DNA of 63,893 nt, counting the filler, from Candidatus Desantisbacteria bacterium CG1_02_49_89 (GTDB taxonomy: Bacteria; Desantisbacteria; UBA1551): the NCBI GenBank assembly GCA_001871075.1. It is 3 parts of 3 records of this genome, joined end to end, with 100 filler letters (N's around TTAATTAATTAA, not from the genome) between each part and the next. Parts side by side here need not be neighbours in the genome. Positions count along the whole stretch, not along the records: positions 31,589 to 58,336 come from MNUP01000010.1; 2 more parts are not named here. One strand, written 5' to 3'. This document shows, piece by piece, positions 42,824 to 51,410 of the stretch. The notes under the pieces are model-generated. The model worked only from the letters and a program-made list of their open reading frames with translations. It had not been told where the DNA came from and searched no databases. A program made the translations under genes and the position numbers. Numbering within the stretch: position 1 is the first letter of the stretch; each line of letters begins with the position of its first letter.

Positions 42824-44134
42824 TTACTTCGTAGTGGCGATCTTCAGGGTCCTGCGCGCAAGGTCCGAGATCTTCGCCCTGAAAAGGGATTCATTGCCGC
42901 TCACCACAGTGCTGGAAAGCGTGTCGTTCAGGGGCGCGATCCATTTCTGCGGAAGGTTTTTCGCCCCAAGCATTGCTCCGGCGACGGAACCTGTTGTCGC
43001 GCCGTTGCAGTCCGTGTCAAGCCCGCACATTACGGCAATCGATATGGTCTTTTCAAAATCCCCTTTTCCGTAAAGCAGGCCCAGCAGCACGATGCACGCG
43101 TTATTTATCGTATGCACCGGGTGGTAATGCCCGTATTTCTCCATCATTTTTTTAAACGCGCCTTCCCATGAAGTTATTTCCGCGCTCCACTTTACCATGT
43201 CCTGCACTGCTTCGTAAAGCCTTGAAGTGCGGGGGATCTGGCTTGAGCCTATCCTTATTATCTCTTCCAAGCTTGAAACCGAAAAAGCCGCCGCTATCAT
43301 TGCCGCTACGAACATTTCACCGTATATGCCGTTTTTCACGTGCGAGAGCGAGGCTTCCCTGAAAGCGAGTTCTGCCGCCTGCAGGGGTTTCCCGGGAGAC
43401 GCATAACCCCAGAAATCCGCCCTGATCTGCGCGCCTATCCATTCCCTGTAGGGATTATGGAAGAGCGGGACCTCGTCAATATGCAAGCCGTTCGCAAGGT
43501 TCAGGTACGCCTGCCTTTCCGCGGTGCAGACGTGGAAGAACGGAAGCGAATACAGCCAGAAATTGCCCACGTCCGATGTGGTAAAATTCAATCCCTTTGA
43601 CTCGGCTATCAGAAGGCCCGCGGTAGTGTAATTAATATCGTCGTCAGGCTCCATGTACTGGATATGCTCCCTGGTAGACGCGGGGCACATTCCTTTTACC
43701 TCGGTTCCCTCTTTGTCCAGCGATTTCTCGGGGAAGTAGTTGTCAAGCGGGTATGCCGCCGCGTTTTTCAGGTATATCCTGATATTTTCCTCTGTCCATC
43801 CCTCGACCGGTTTGCCCAGGGCGCATCCGGCGCACCTGCCCAGCCACGCGCCGTAGATCCTGTCATAGAGCTCCTCTTCAGAAAACCTCATCGGGAGGAT
43901 ATCCCTTCTCAAAGCAGGCCTTTTCCTCAGGATACGGTTAAAATCTGAAGGTTCCTTATAGGGGAAATCCTTTTTAGGCTTGAGGCGCATTAACTTCCTG
44001 TAAACGCCCGCCCTTGCCTTGTCATCCTTTGCCCTTGCAGCCATTTCTGAAAAACCCGATATATCGCAGCCCTCTTCCTGGCGCTGCTTCAGCTCTTCTT
44101 TTAAAAGATTCTGCACGTTCGTCCATCCGGCCAA
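42824..44134 (-). CDS. ADP-ribosylglycohydrolase family protein
   Basis: GAWLGR.AG.ALG.PVE, DDDINY, IGAQIRAD, CGLDTDCNGAT.G. Confidence 0.9.
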   Translation of the reverse strand: MAGWTNVQNLLKEELKQRQEEGCDISGFSEMAARAKDDKARAGVYRKLMRLKPKKDFPYKEPSDFNRILRKRPALRRDILPMRFSEEELYDRIYGAWLGRCAGCALGKPVEGWTEENIRIYLKNAAAYPLDNYFPEKSLDKEGTEVKGMCPASTREHIQYMEPDDDINYTTAGLLIAESKGLNFTTSDVGNFWLYSLPFFHVCTAERQAYLNLANGLHIDEVPLFHNPYREWIGAQIRADFWGYASPGKPLQAAELAFREASLSHVKNGIYGEMFVAAMIAAAFSVSSLEEIIRIGSSQIPRTSRLYEAVQDMVKWSAEITSWEGAFKKMMEKYGHYHPVHTINNACIVLLGLLYGKGDFEKTISIAVMCGLDTDCNGATTGSVAGAMLGAKNLPQKWIAPLNDTLSSTVVSGNESLFRAKISDLARRTLKIATTK

Positions 44135-44160
44135 TTTTCCTCCTATCTTTTTTAAATAAA

Positions 44161-44263
44161 ATTATGAGTTACGAGTTATGAATTATGAATCAACTGCATG
44201 GTATTAAATTTAAATAGAACTCCTTGTTTTTGACTCATAATTCATCATTCATAATTCATAATT
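44161..44263. repeat. TTATGA(A/G) heptamer-armed fold-back element. Copies at 28331-28488, 29355-29567, 46942-47036, 52131-52225; partial at 60685 and 62044.
   Basis: Tandem TTATGAA/G arm, conserved AT-rich core, inverted (T/C)TCATAA arm. Confidence 0.85.
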
Positions 44264-45209
44264 AATCTTTGATATGCAAAACATAGTCTTTTAAAAGATC
44301 CTGGGCGCTGTTGCTGACCCCGGATCTGTCAAGGTCATATAAAGCTTTGCGCAGATATTCCGTGCCGATCGCTTCTGAATGGCGCAACGCGCCTGTTTTT
44401 TCTATGAGAACGCGCATACCGGACGCTCCTTTTTTCCCCGCGCCAAGGGCAAGGACGAAAGGAAGCGTCTTCTTGTTCTTTTTAAGGTCGCTCTGTATAT
44501 GAAGGGAACGGCTGCCTTTATCGCCGAAGCCCGAGATATCGTTAAAAATCTGGAACGCCATTCCCGCGTTAGCCCCGAAACTTCTGTAGCATTTAATTAT
44601 CCCGCAGTTTTGGGTTGAAACAAGAGCGCCTGAAACAGGGGCGGATTCAATAAGCGCGGCTGTTTTCTCCCTTATCATCCGCAGGTATTCGCCTATTCCT
44701 ACCCGGGCTCTTTTTTCAAAGGACAAATCGAGCATCTGGCCTTCACACATACGGTAGCAGGCAGAATTAACCGCAGAGGATACAGAGTTGATAACAGCCG
44801 GCTTCAGGCCTGAATCAAAAAGACCTGAAAGGGCAAGGCCTACCAGCGCATGCATCGCGTCCCCGGCGTTGATAGCCTGGTTCGCGCCCCACTTCCTCCA
44901 GACCGTCTGCCTGCCGCGCCTGAATTCGTCCCCGTCCTGTATGTCGTCGTGGATAAGCGAAAAATTATGTATCAGTTCTATCGCGACTGCCGCGGGAAGC
45001 GCTTTTTTATAGCTGCCGCTGATCGCTTTTGCGGTTAGCAGACACAGAACGGGTCTGAATCTTTTACCCTGAGCTCCAGTGGATTGGTTTTTCAGCAAAC
45101 CCAACTGGTATCCAAGCATCTCCCCGGCAATAGGGATATCGCAGAATTTCTTCAGCGTTATGGTAATTTCCCTGTTTATCTCATCCCTTAATTCATTTAT
45201 AAGTTTCAT
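44262..45209 (-). CDS. Polyprenyl diphosphate synthase family protein
   Basis: GKRFRP, LIHDDIQDGDEFRRG, GQMLD, KTAAL, K.TLP. The second Asp-rich motif is degenerate. Confidence 0.9.
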   Translation of the reverse strand: MKLINELRDEINREITITLKKFCDIPIAGEMLGYQLGLLKNQSTGAQGKRFRPVLCLLTAKAISGSYKKALPAAVAIELIHNFSLIHDDIQDGDEFRRGRQTVWRKWGANQAINAGDAMHALVGLALSGLFDSGLKPAVINSVSSAVNSACYRMCEGQMLDLSFEKRARVGIGEYLRMIREKTAALIESAPVSGALVSTQNCGIIKCYRSFGANAGMAFQIFNDISGFGDKGSRSLHIQSDLKKNKKTLPFVLALGAGKKGASGMRVLIEKTGALRHSEAIGTEYLRKALYDLDRSGVSNSAQDLLKDYVLHIKD

Positions 45210-45263
45210 ATTTTGGTATTTTTTCGTGATTTCGTGGTACTTTCGTGTTTTCGTGGAAATCAG

Positions 45264-46892
45264 TTAAATCAGTTTCGCGTATTTCGCCAGATACCCGGTT
45301 TTTACCTTCGGCGCGGGAGCCTTCCATTTCGCGAGCCTTGCCCTGATCTCCTTTTCACTTAAGACAAGGTCGAGTTTACGGTTTTTGATATCGATGTTTA
45401 TCCTGTCCCCGTTCCTGACAACCGCGATCGGTCCGCCGACCGCTGCTTCCGGCGCCACATGGCCGATGCAGGGGCCCTGCGTGCCTCCGGAGAACCTTCC
45501 GTCCGTAATGAGCGCGACGCTTTCCCCCATCCCCATTCCCGTAAGCACGGCAGTAACCGAAAGCGTTTCCGGCATTCCGGGAGCGCCCTTATCGCCTTCG
45601 TAACGTATAATGACAACGTCCCCTTTTTTGATCTTCCTGCCCATGACAGCTTTCATCGCTTTTTCTTCCCCGTCAAAAACCCGGGCGCGGCCCGTGAATT
45701 TCCACATTTTAGAGCTAACGGCTATCTGCTTGACAACCGCTCCTTCAGGCGCAAGGCTCCCGAAAAGAATAGCTATCCCGCCCTCTTTATGGTACGGGTT
45801 TGATCTATTGTGTATGACCGCGGAATTCAGCACCCTGCCTTTCCGCGCGACCTCCAGTATGCCCCTTCGGCCGTTCACCGTAGGCGAAGGCTTAAGCCCG
45901 TCTTTCAGGACATTTAAAATCGCCGGTATGCCTCCCGCATATTCCAGGTCCTCAAGAAAATATTCGCCGCTGGGGCGCAGGTTTATGATATGGGGCGTGG
46001 ACCTGCTGACCTTGTTGAAAACTTCAAGTGGCAGGTCTATATCCAGCTCTTTCGCGATGCGCGTAAGATGGAGGACAGTGTTTGACGAACCTCCCAGAGC
46101 CATATCAACTTTAATCGCGTTAAGGAGCGCGTTTTTTGTCATTACGCTCCTGGGCAGTATATTTTTCCTGACCATCTCCACGACTCTTTCGCCGCTTTCC
46201 TTGGCGATCCTTTTCTTTCTGGCTGAAACCGCAAGCGCGGTGGCGCATCCCGTGAGTGACATTCCCATTGTTTCCGTGATGCAGGACATAGTGTTGGCGG
46301 TGTAAAGGCCCTGGCAGGAACCGAAACCCGGGCATGCTTCCATCTCAAGTTCATCCAGCTCTTCCCCGGAGATCTTACCGGCTTTCGCCCTTCCCACTGC
46401 CTCAAACGTGTCGTGAACAAGGTCAAGCCTGATCGTGCCTTTGTACCTGCCGCAAAGCATGGGCCCTGCGGTGACGACAACGGTCGGTATGTTCAGGCGC
46501 GCGGCTGCAATAAGACAGCCGGGCGTGATCTTATCGCAGTTTGTGAGCAGCACAAGGCCGTCGAAACAGTGCGCCCCTGCGACAGATTCGATAGTATCCG
46601 CGACTATTTCCCTTAAAGGGAGCGAATACCTCATTCCCTTGTGGCCCATGGCGATGCCGTCGCAGATGCCCGGGATCCCGAAGATGAACGGCACGCCGCC
46701 GCCGGAGCATACTCCCCGCTCTATGAACCTTTCAAGCTCGCGCATCCCAACATGCCCGGGGATAATATCAGTGAAGCTTGACGCTATGCCGATGAACGGC
46801 TTTTTCATGTCCGATTTCGAAATGCCCGTTGCGTAAAGCAGCCCGCGGTTCGGGACCCTTTCTATTCCTTTTTTAACTGTATCTGACCGCAT
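45264..46892 (-). CDS. ilvD: Dihydroxy-acid dehydratase
   Basis: [48 protein letters not shown]. Confidence 0.97.
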   Translation of the reverse strand: MRSDTVKKGIERVPNRGLLYATGISKSDMKKPFIGIASSFTDIIPGHVGMRELERFIERGVCSGGGVPFIFGIPGICDGIAMGHKGMRYSLPLREIVADTIESVAGAHCFDGLVLLTNCDKITPGCLIAAARLNIPTVVVTAGPMLCGRYKGTIRLDLVHDTFEAVGRAKAGKISGEELDELEMEACPGFGSCQGLYTANTMSCITETMGMSLTGCATALAVSARKKRIAKESGERVVEMVRKNILPRSVMTKNALLNAIKVDMALGGSSNTVLHLTRIAKELDIDLPLEVFNKVSRSTPHIINLRPSGEYFLEDLEYAGGIPAILNVLKDGLKPSPTVNGRRGILEVARKGRVLNSAVIHNRSNPYHKEGGIAILFGSLAPEGAVVKQIAVSSKMWKFTGRARVFDGEEKAMKAVMGRKIKKGDVVIIRYEGDKGAPGMPETLSVTAVLTGMGMGESVALITDGRFSGGTQGPCIGHVAPEAAVGGPIAVVRNGDRINIDIKNRKLDLVLSEKEIRARLAKWKAPAPKVKTGYLAKYAKLI

Positions 46893-47029
46893 TTATTTCC
46901 TCCTTAGTCCGTTGGATTAATAATCGTCGGAAAAGTTATAAATTATGAGTTATGAATTATGAATTAACTTCATGGTATTAAATTTAAATAAAGATCCTTG
47001 TTTTTGACTCATAACTCATCATTCATAAT

Positions 47030-47893
47030 TCATAATTGGGGTTGAATCGATGAGTGTATGTCCGGTTCCCTGACATAAACCGGCTTTAATCTAAAAAGAT
47101 CGTCGCCCTTCCTGTTCTTCTGCAATTTCCTGTAACCTTCAAAAGCAATAGTGCCTGCTTTCGGGCGCCACAGTTCTTCAGGCGCGAATATTGCCTTACC
47201 GCCGAGTTTTTCTTTTATCGCGTCCCCGTATATCCTTACTGCATTGCCGATAAATACCGTCGGACGTCGGACGTCGGACGTCGTAAGTAAATTCAGTAAA
47301 TCCTCAATGCTTAATACTGAATCTTTCATTACTTTTCTTAACTTTGAGCTTCTGTCCTGTATACTTATACACTTATCCACTTGTCCACTTATCAACTTGT
47401 TCCCTTGTAAACTTGTAAACTTGTAAACTTGTAAACTGTATAAGGAAGTATAGACCTGCTGTTTCCTCGCGTCCGTTATCACGCATATTTTAAATCCCCC
47501 GCCATCCCCCCTTTCATAAAGGGGGGTAAGAGGGGATTTTTCATTTTTTTTGCTGGATACCGCATTTAAAGCAATCACATCCAGCGTTCCCACGGCTACT
47601 ATCGGAACATCCAACGCCTGCGCGAGCGCTTTCGCTGAAGCCACTCCAACGCGCAGGCCCGTGTAACTGCCCGGGCCAATGGATACGGCAACAGCATTGA
47701 TGTCCCGGATCTTCAGCTTGTTTTTTTTCAGGATCCTGTCAATGAAGAATACCAGCTTGGAGGAATGCTCCCGGGGAGTTCTTTCGCTTGTTTCATCAAG
47801 TAATCTACCGCGGTCAGCCAGGCCAACGCTGCAGTATTCCCCGCTTGTATCGATCCCAAGAACTACGAAGCATTTTTTGACGCTGATTTTCAC
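47030..47893 (-). CDS. tsaB: tRNA t6A biosynthesis protein TsaB, with three repeat-derived inserts
   Basis: LGIDTS, HS..L, GPGSYTGLRVG, DARK..VY, P.YVR. Start uncertain. Confidence 0.93.
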   Translation of the reverse strand: MKISVKKCFVVLGIDTSGEYCSVGLADRGRLLDETSERTPREHSSKLVFFIDRILKKNKLKIRDINAVAVSIGPGSYTGLRVGVASAKALAQALDVPIVAVGTLDVIALNAVSSKKNEKSPLTPLYERGDGGGFKICVITDARKQQVYTSLYSLQVYKFTSLQGNKLISGQVDKCISIQDRSSKLRKVMKDSVLSIEDLLNLLTTSDVRRPTVFIGNAVRIYGDAIKEKLGGKAIFAPEELWRPKAGTIAFEGYRKLQKNRKGDDLFRLKPVYVREPDIHSSIQPQL

Positions 47894-48007
47894 TGATTTT
47901 CTCTGTGCCCTTGGTAATAGTATTAAAAGACAGTTTACTGAGTTTATAGAGTTTACATAGTTTACAAAGTGTAAACCGTGATAATCTGTGACAATCTGCG
48001 TCTAAAG

Positions 48008-48490
48008 TTATTTCGTACTTTCCTCGCCCATCCTTTCCAGGTGGGCGAAGTCTCGCCCGCTGTAAGACGGACGGAGTGATTTCGTGGAAATCAGTAATTC
48101 TCTTTTATTTTTGCCTAAGATCTCAATTTTTATTCTAACGCATTCCGCCGGCAGCAGTTCTTTCAGCCTTTCCGCCCATTCGATGACCGCTGCGCCGTCA
48201 CCGTAAAAAAATTCTTCATATCCCAGCGCGCGGACATCATCCGTGCTGTTAAGGCGGTACAGGTCAAAGTGGTAAAGAGGTATCCTGCCCTTGTATATGC
48301 TCATGAGCACGAACGTGGGACTTATTACCTTGCCTTTGACACCCAGGCCTTTTGCCAGGCCCTGGATGAACGTGGTCTTGCCGCTTCCGAGGCTCCCTGT
48401 CAGGCAGAGTATATCGCCGGCTTTCAGTTTTTTAGCAAAGCCCTTAGCAAATTTTTGTGTTTCTTTCGCACTGTTTGTTATTATTTTCAT
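48008..48490 (-). CDS. tsaE: tRNA t6A biosynthesis ATPase TsaE, with a repeat-derived C-terminal tail
   Basis: G.LGSGKTTF, SPTF, HFDLYRL, IEW. Confidence 0.96.
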   Translation of the reverse strand: MKIITNSAKETQKFAKGFAKKLKAGDILCLTGSLGSGKTTFIQGLAKGLGVKGKVISPTFVLMSIYKGRIPLYHFDLYRLNSTDDVRALGYEEFFYGDGAAVIEWAERLKELLPAECVRIKIEILGKNKRELLISTKSLRPSYSGRDFAHLERMGEESTK

Positions 48491-48549
48491 TTTTTATGAT
48501 TGCAATGATTTCTTTAACTTTCAACCTTCAACCTTTAACCTTTAACTTT

Positions 48550-49338
48550 TTAGCCTGCCGCTGCGCGCTTCCCTTCTTCCGATAAAAGGAAACAAGGGTC
48601 TTCTTCAAGCTTTCTAAGGGTAAAATCCATCATTTCTCTTGCCTTGATAAGCTTTAAAGATGCGTTACCGGACAGGCCGGCTTTCATTATTCCCCGGCTG
48701 AGCAACAACGGTTCCATCTTCGGAAAATCCCGCACGATCCCGTAACGGTGTATTTTTGTCCTGGCAATGATCTTCCTGCCGCTTCTATCTATTATAACGG
48801 CATCCACAGGTTCCGGCTGTAACTGGTAATCAACCCCGGCAAGCTCTTCCGCGCAGTGGAACGTGGTAAAACAAGCCAGCCCGATGCCTATCATAAGCAC
48901 GTAACCGTTATCCGCTGAACATAATTTGTCGTAAGGGCTGCCCTTGCCGCACGGCGTGCTGCAGAGCTGGTGGCCTTCTGTCAGAAATTCCGCCTGCCTG
49001 CCTATTGCCGCGACAGAATGCGTGGGGCCCAGGCTCCTGACCGCGTTTTTCCTTTTCCTGAAGGTCTCGGGGATCGTCCCTGTCCAGCAGGGAGTATTCA
49101 GAACATCGAACACAGGCGGGCTGGCAGCTGTCAGCTGCGCAGAACCTGTCAGGGTCGGCACCAAAACGGTTCCGCTCGCGCCAACCGTTTCTATTAAAGA
49201 GTCTATGACGGCATCCGCCCCGCCTTCCACCCAGCCGAAGCTTTTCAAAGAACTGTGGACGAGAACATTTGATCCTTCTTTTAGCCCGGTATTTTCAACA
49301 AGATCCCTTTTTATTTCCTGCTTTGTTATTATATTCAT
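48550..49338 (-). CDS. AAC(3)/Antibiotic_NAT family N-acetyltransferase
   Basis: VLVHSSL..FG.V.GGA, GT.LVPT, G.IPE.FR, RS..PTHS, T.FH.AE. Confidence 0.88.
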   Translation of the reverse strand: MNIITKQEIKRDLVENTGLKEGSNVLVHSSLKSFGWVEGGADAVIDSLIETVGASGTVLVPTLTGSAQLTAASPPVFDVLNTPCWTGTIPETFRKRKNAVRSLGPTHSVAAIGRQAEFLTEGHQLCSTPCGKGSPYDKLCSADNGYVLMIGIGLACFTTFHCAEELAGVDYQLQPEPVDAVIIDRSGRKIIARTKIHRYGIVRDFPKMEPLLLSRGIMKAGLSGNASLKLIKAREMMDFTLRKLEEDPCFLLSEEGKRAAAG

Positions 49339-49421
49339 AACGGGATTACGGTGATTATTAACTACTGATTACGGTGATTTTAGAATAGATTACGGTGATT
49401 ATAAATAAAAAATTGCGGTGA

Positions 49422-50567
49422 TTAAAAGTGCGAGAAGCCTAAATTTTTAGCGGTTCTCTTTCTGCCCTTATTGTCAATGATAAAAAGACTTTTGTCTTTT
49501 ATGATCTCGCCGACTGCCGTAACAGGAGTGCCGGTCAATCTTGGCACCAATGCCAGGACCTTCTTTAATTTAGCCGGCGGGACAGTGAAAACAAGCTCGT
49601 AATCCTCACCGCCTGTCAGTACTAACTTACGACTTACGACGTACGACGTACGACGGATAAGTTGCTCTGAAACAGGGATCATGTCTTCATGGATCTTGGC
49701 GCCTGTGCCGGATTCCTGGCAGATGAACCCAACCGAAGCAAGAAGCCCGTCGCTTGAATCTATCATTGCGGTTGCCAGCTTGTTCTTAGCGATTATCCCC
49801 GCCTCTTTTACTCTTGGGCTTGGCATTAAATGCCTTTTTATAAGATATTCGTGGTTTTGGCGATGCACGATGCACGATGCACGATGAACGGTTTTTTTAA
49901 GGAGCTCAAAGCCAGCCGCGGAGTCGCCGCAGGACCCTGTTACGCAGATCATATCTCCGGGCCTGGCACCCTTGCGCAGAAGAAGGTTCTTCTTTTCAAC
50001 TTCGCCGATCACGGTCGTATCTATTATTAAAGAATCCGATTTGCTGATATCACCGCCGATAACCTGAACGCCTTTACTGCAATGGGACAGTCCCTCCCGA
50101 TGACCATCGGGATGGGACAGTCCCTGACCTGCGGCGTTCATCCCGCGGTATAGATCATCTATGAATCCAACGTCTTCTTTACCTGTCAATCCCAGCGTTA
50201 CAAGCGCGTATTTTGGCTTCCCGCCCATTGAAGCGATGTCGCTCATGTTTACAGCCATCACCTTCCATCCTAACATGAACCCGTACGACGTACGACCCGC
50301 AAGGGCGACGTACGACGGCAAACGGGCAAGGAAATGCACGCCCTCAATAAGGATATCGGTAGTCCAAAGTAAACATTTACCGCGGGAAATTGGAATAACG
50401 GCAGTATCATCGCCAATTCCGATCAAACCACGTGTAACGTGCCCGCTCCGATTTATATCGGGGCGAGGTCTCGCCCCGACTGACGTCGGGGCGGATAACG
50501 TGTTACGTGTAACGCGGCTACGGATGCGGTCAATGAGCCCAAATTCCCCTAAATCCTTGATTTTCAT
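49422..50567 (-). CDS. thiL: Thiamine-monophosphate kinase, with five repeat-derived inserts
   Basis: GEFGLI, GIGDD.A, TTD.L.EGVHF, N.SDIA.MGG.P, IGGD, DSSDGL, GGEDYEL.FT. Confidence 0.96.
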   Translation of the reverse strand: MKIKDLGEFGLIDRIRSRVTRNTLSAPTSVGARPRPDINRSGHVTRGLIGIGDDTAVIPISRGKCLLWTTDILIEGVHFLARLPSYVALAGRTSYGFMLGWKVMAVNMSDIASMGGKPKYALVTLGLTGKEDVGFIDDLYRGMNAAGQGLSHPDGHREGLSHCSKGVQVIGGDISKSDSLIIDTTVIGEVEKKNLLLRKGARPGDMICVTGSCGDSAAGFELLKKTVHRASCIVHRQNHEYLIKRHLMPSPRVKEAGIIAKNKLATAMIDSSDGLLASVGFICQESGTGAKIHEDMIPVSEQLIRRTSYVVSRKLVLTGGEDYELVFTVPPAKLKKVLALVPRLTGTPVTAVGEIIKDKSLFIIDNKGRKRTAKNLGFSHF

Positions 50568-50635
50568 ACGAGTTTAACCACAGGTTAACACAGTTTAACA
50601 CAGTTTAGATACATCAGGGCTGAAGCCCTGAGTTA

Positions 50636-50689
50636 TCCGCCCCGATGTCAGTCGGGGCGAGACCTCGCCCCGATATAAATCGGGGCGGG
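50636..50689 (+). mobile_element. Double-hairpin micro-element, family A. Other copies: 30117-30168, 42022-42072, 48023-48075, 50442-50495, 56973-57024, 60766-60812.
   Basis: Consensus TCCGCCC-x-GGGCGAGACYTCGCCC-y-GGGCGRG. Empty target visible at 18845-18925 (reverse). Confidence 0.8.
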
Positions 50690-50748
50690 CAATAAAATTC
50701 CTTGTTGTTGCGTTGACACGTTGATACGTTGACACGCTGACACTGCAT

Positions 50749-51393
50749 TTAAAGAAGGCCGCGCAGTTCTTCGACTTTCGGAAGATCCGAAAGGTCTTTA
50801 AGCCCGAAATAAACAAGGAATTCGTCGGTGGTCCGGTAAAGGAGCGGCCGACCGAGTACTTTCTTACGGCCCGCTATTTTTACCAGCTTCTTCTCAAGCA
50901 GGCCGTGCAGGACTCCGGACGTATCAAGGCCCCTGAGCGCCTCTATCTCCGCCCTTGTGATCGGCTGTCTGTAGGCTATGATGGCAAGGGTCTCAAGGGA
51001 CTGCTTGCTCAATTTAGCAAGGTTCTTGGAAGCGTAAAGCATTTTTATCCAGGGCGCGTATTCGTGTCGCGTGCACATCTGGTAGCCCTCTGCGATCTCA
51101 ACTATCTTGAAGCTGTGCCCCCTGCTGTCGTATTCCTGTATCAGTTCGGAAGCGAGCTTTCTTGCTTCTTCCGGGGTTATGCCTATAAGCTTTCCTATCC
51201 TTTCGGGAGTAAGGGGGCTGTCCGATACGAAAAGAAGGCTTTCTATGACGGATTTCAGGGGCAGTTCCTGCGGCGATTCGGCGGCCTGCGCCTCTTCCTT
51301 CTTCTCCATTCCGACCCCGGGAGTCGGAACGGTTTGTTTTTCCTGGTCCTGCGCGTCTTCAGTTATGTTGTCATCTGTTTTATTCTCTTCCAT
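50749..51393 (-). CDS. scpB: Segregation and condensation protein B
   Basis: IESLLF, LSKQSLETLAIIAYRQPITRAEIE..RG, GRP.LY.TT..FL..FGL..L.DLP. Confidence 0.96.
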   Translation of the reverse strand: MEENKTDDNITEDAQDQEKQTVPTPGVGMEKKEEAQAAESPQELPLKSVIESLLFVSDSPLTPERIGKLIGITPEEARKLASELIQEYDSRGHSFKIVEIAEGYQMCTRHEYAPWIKMLYASKNLAKLSKQSLETLAIIAYRQPITRAEIEALRGLDTSGVLHGLLEKKLVKIAGRKKVLGRPLLYRTTDEFLVYFGLKDLSDLPKVEELRGLL

Positions 51394-51410
51394 TATCTCC
51401 GCCTTTTGAT

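Noticed and set aside
48550-49338. Acquired aminoglycoside resistance gene
   Set aside because: The family is broad, composition is host-like and there is no mobile context. Substrate cannot be inferred.
50568-50748. TPP riboswitch upstream of thiL
   Set aside because: The region is fully explained by REP, family-A and heptamer repeats, and no complete TPP aptamer motif set was seen.
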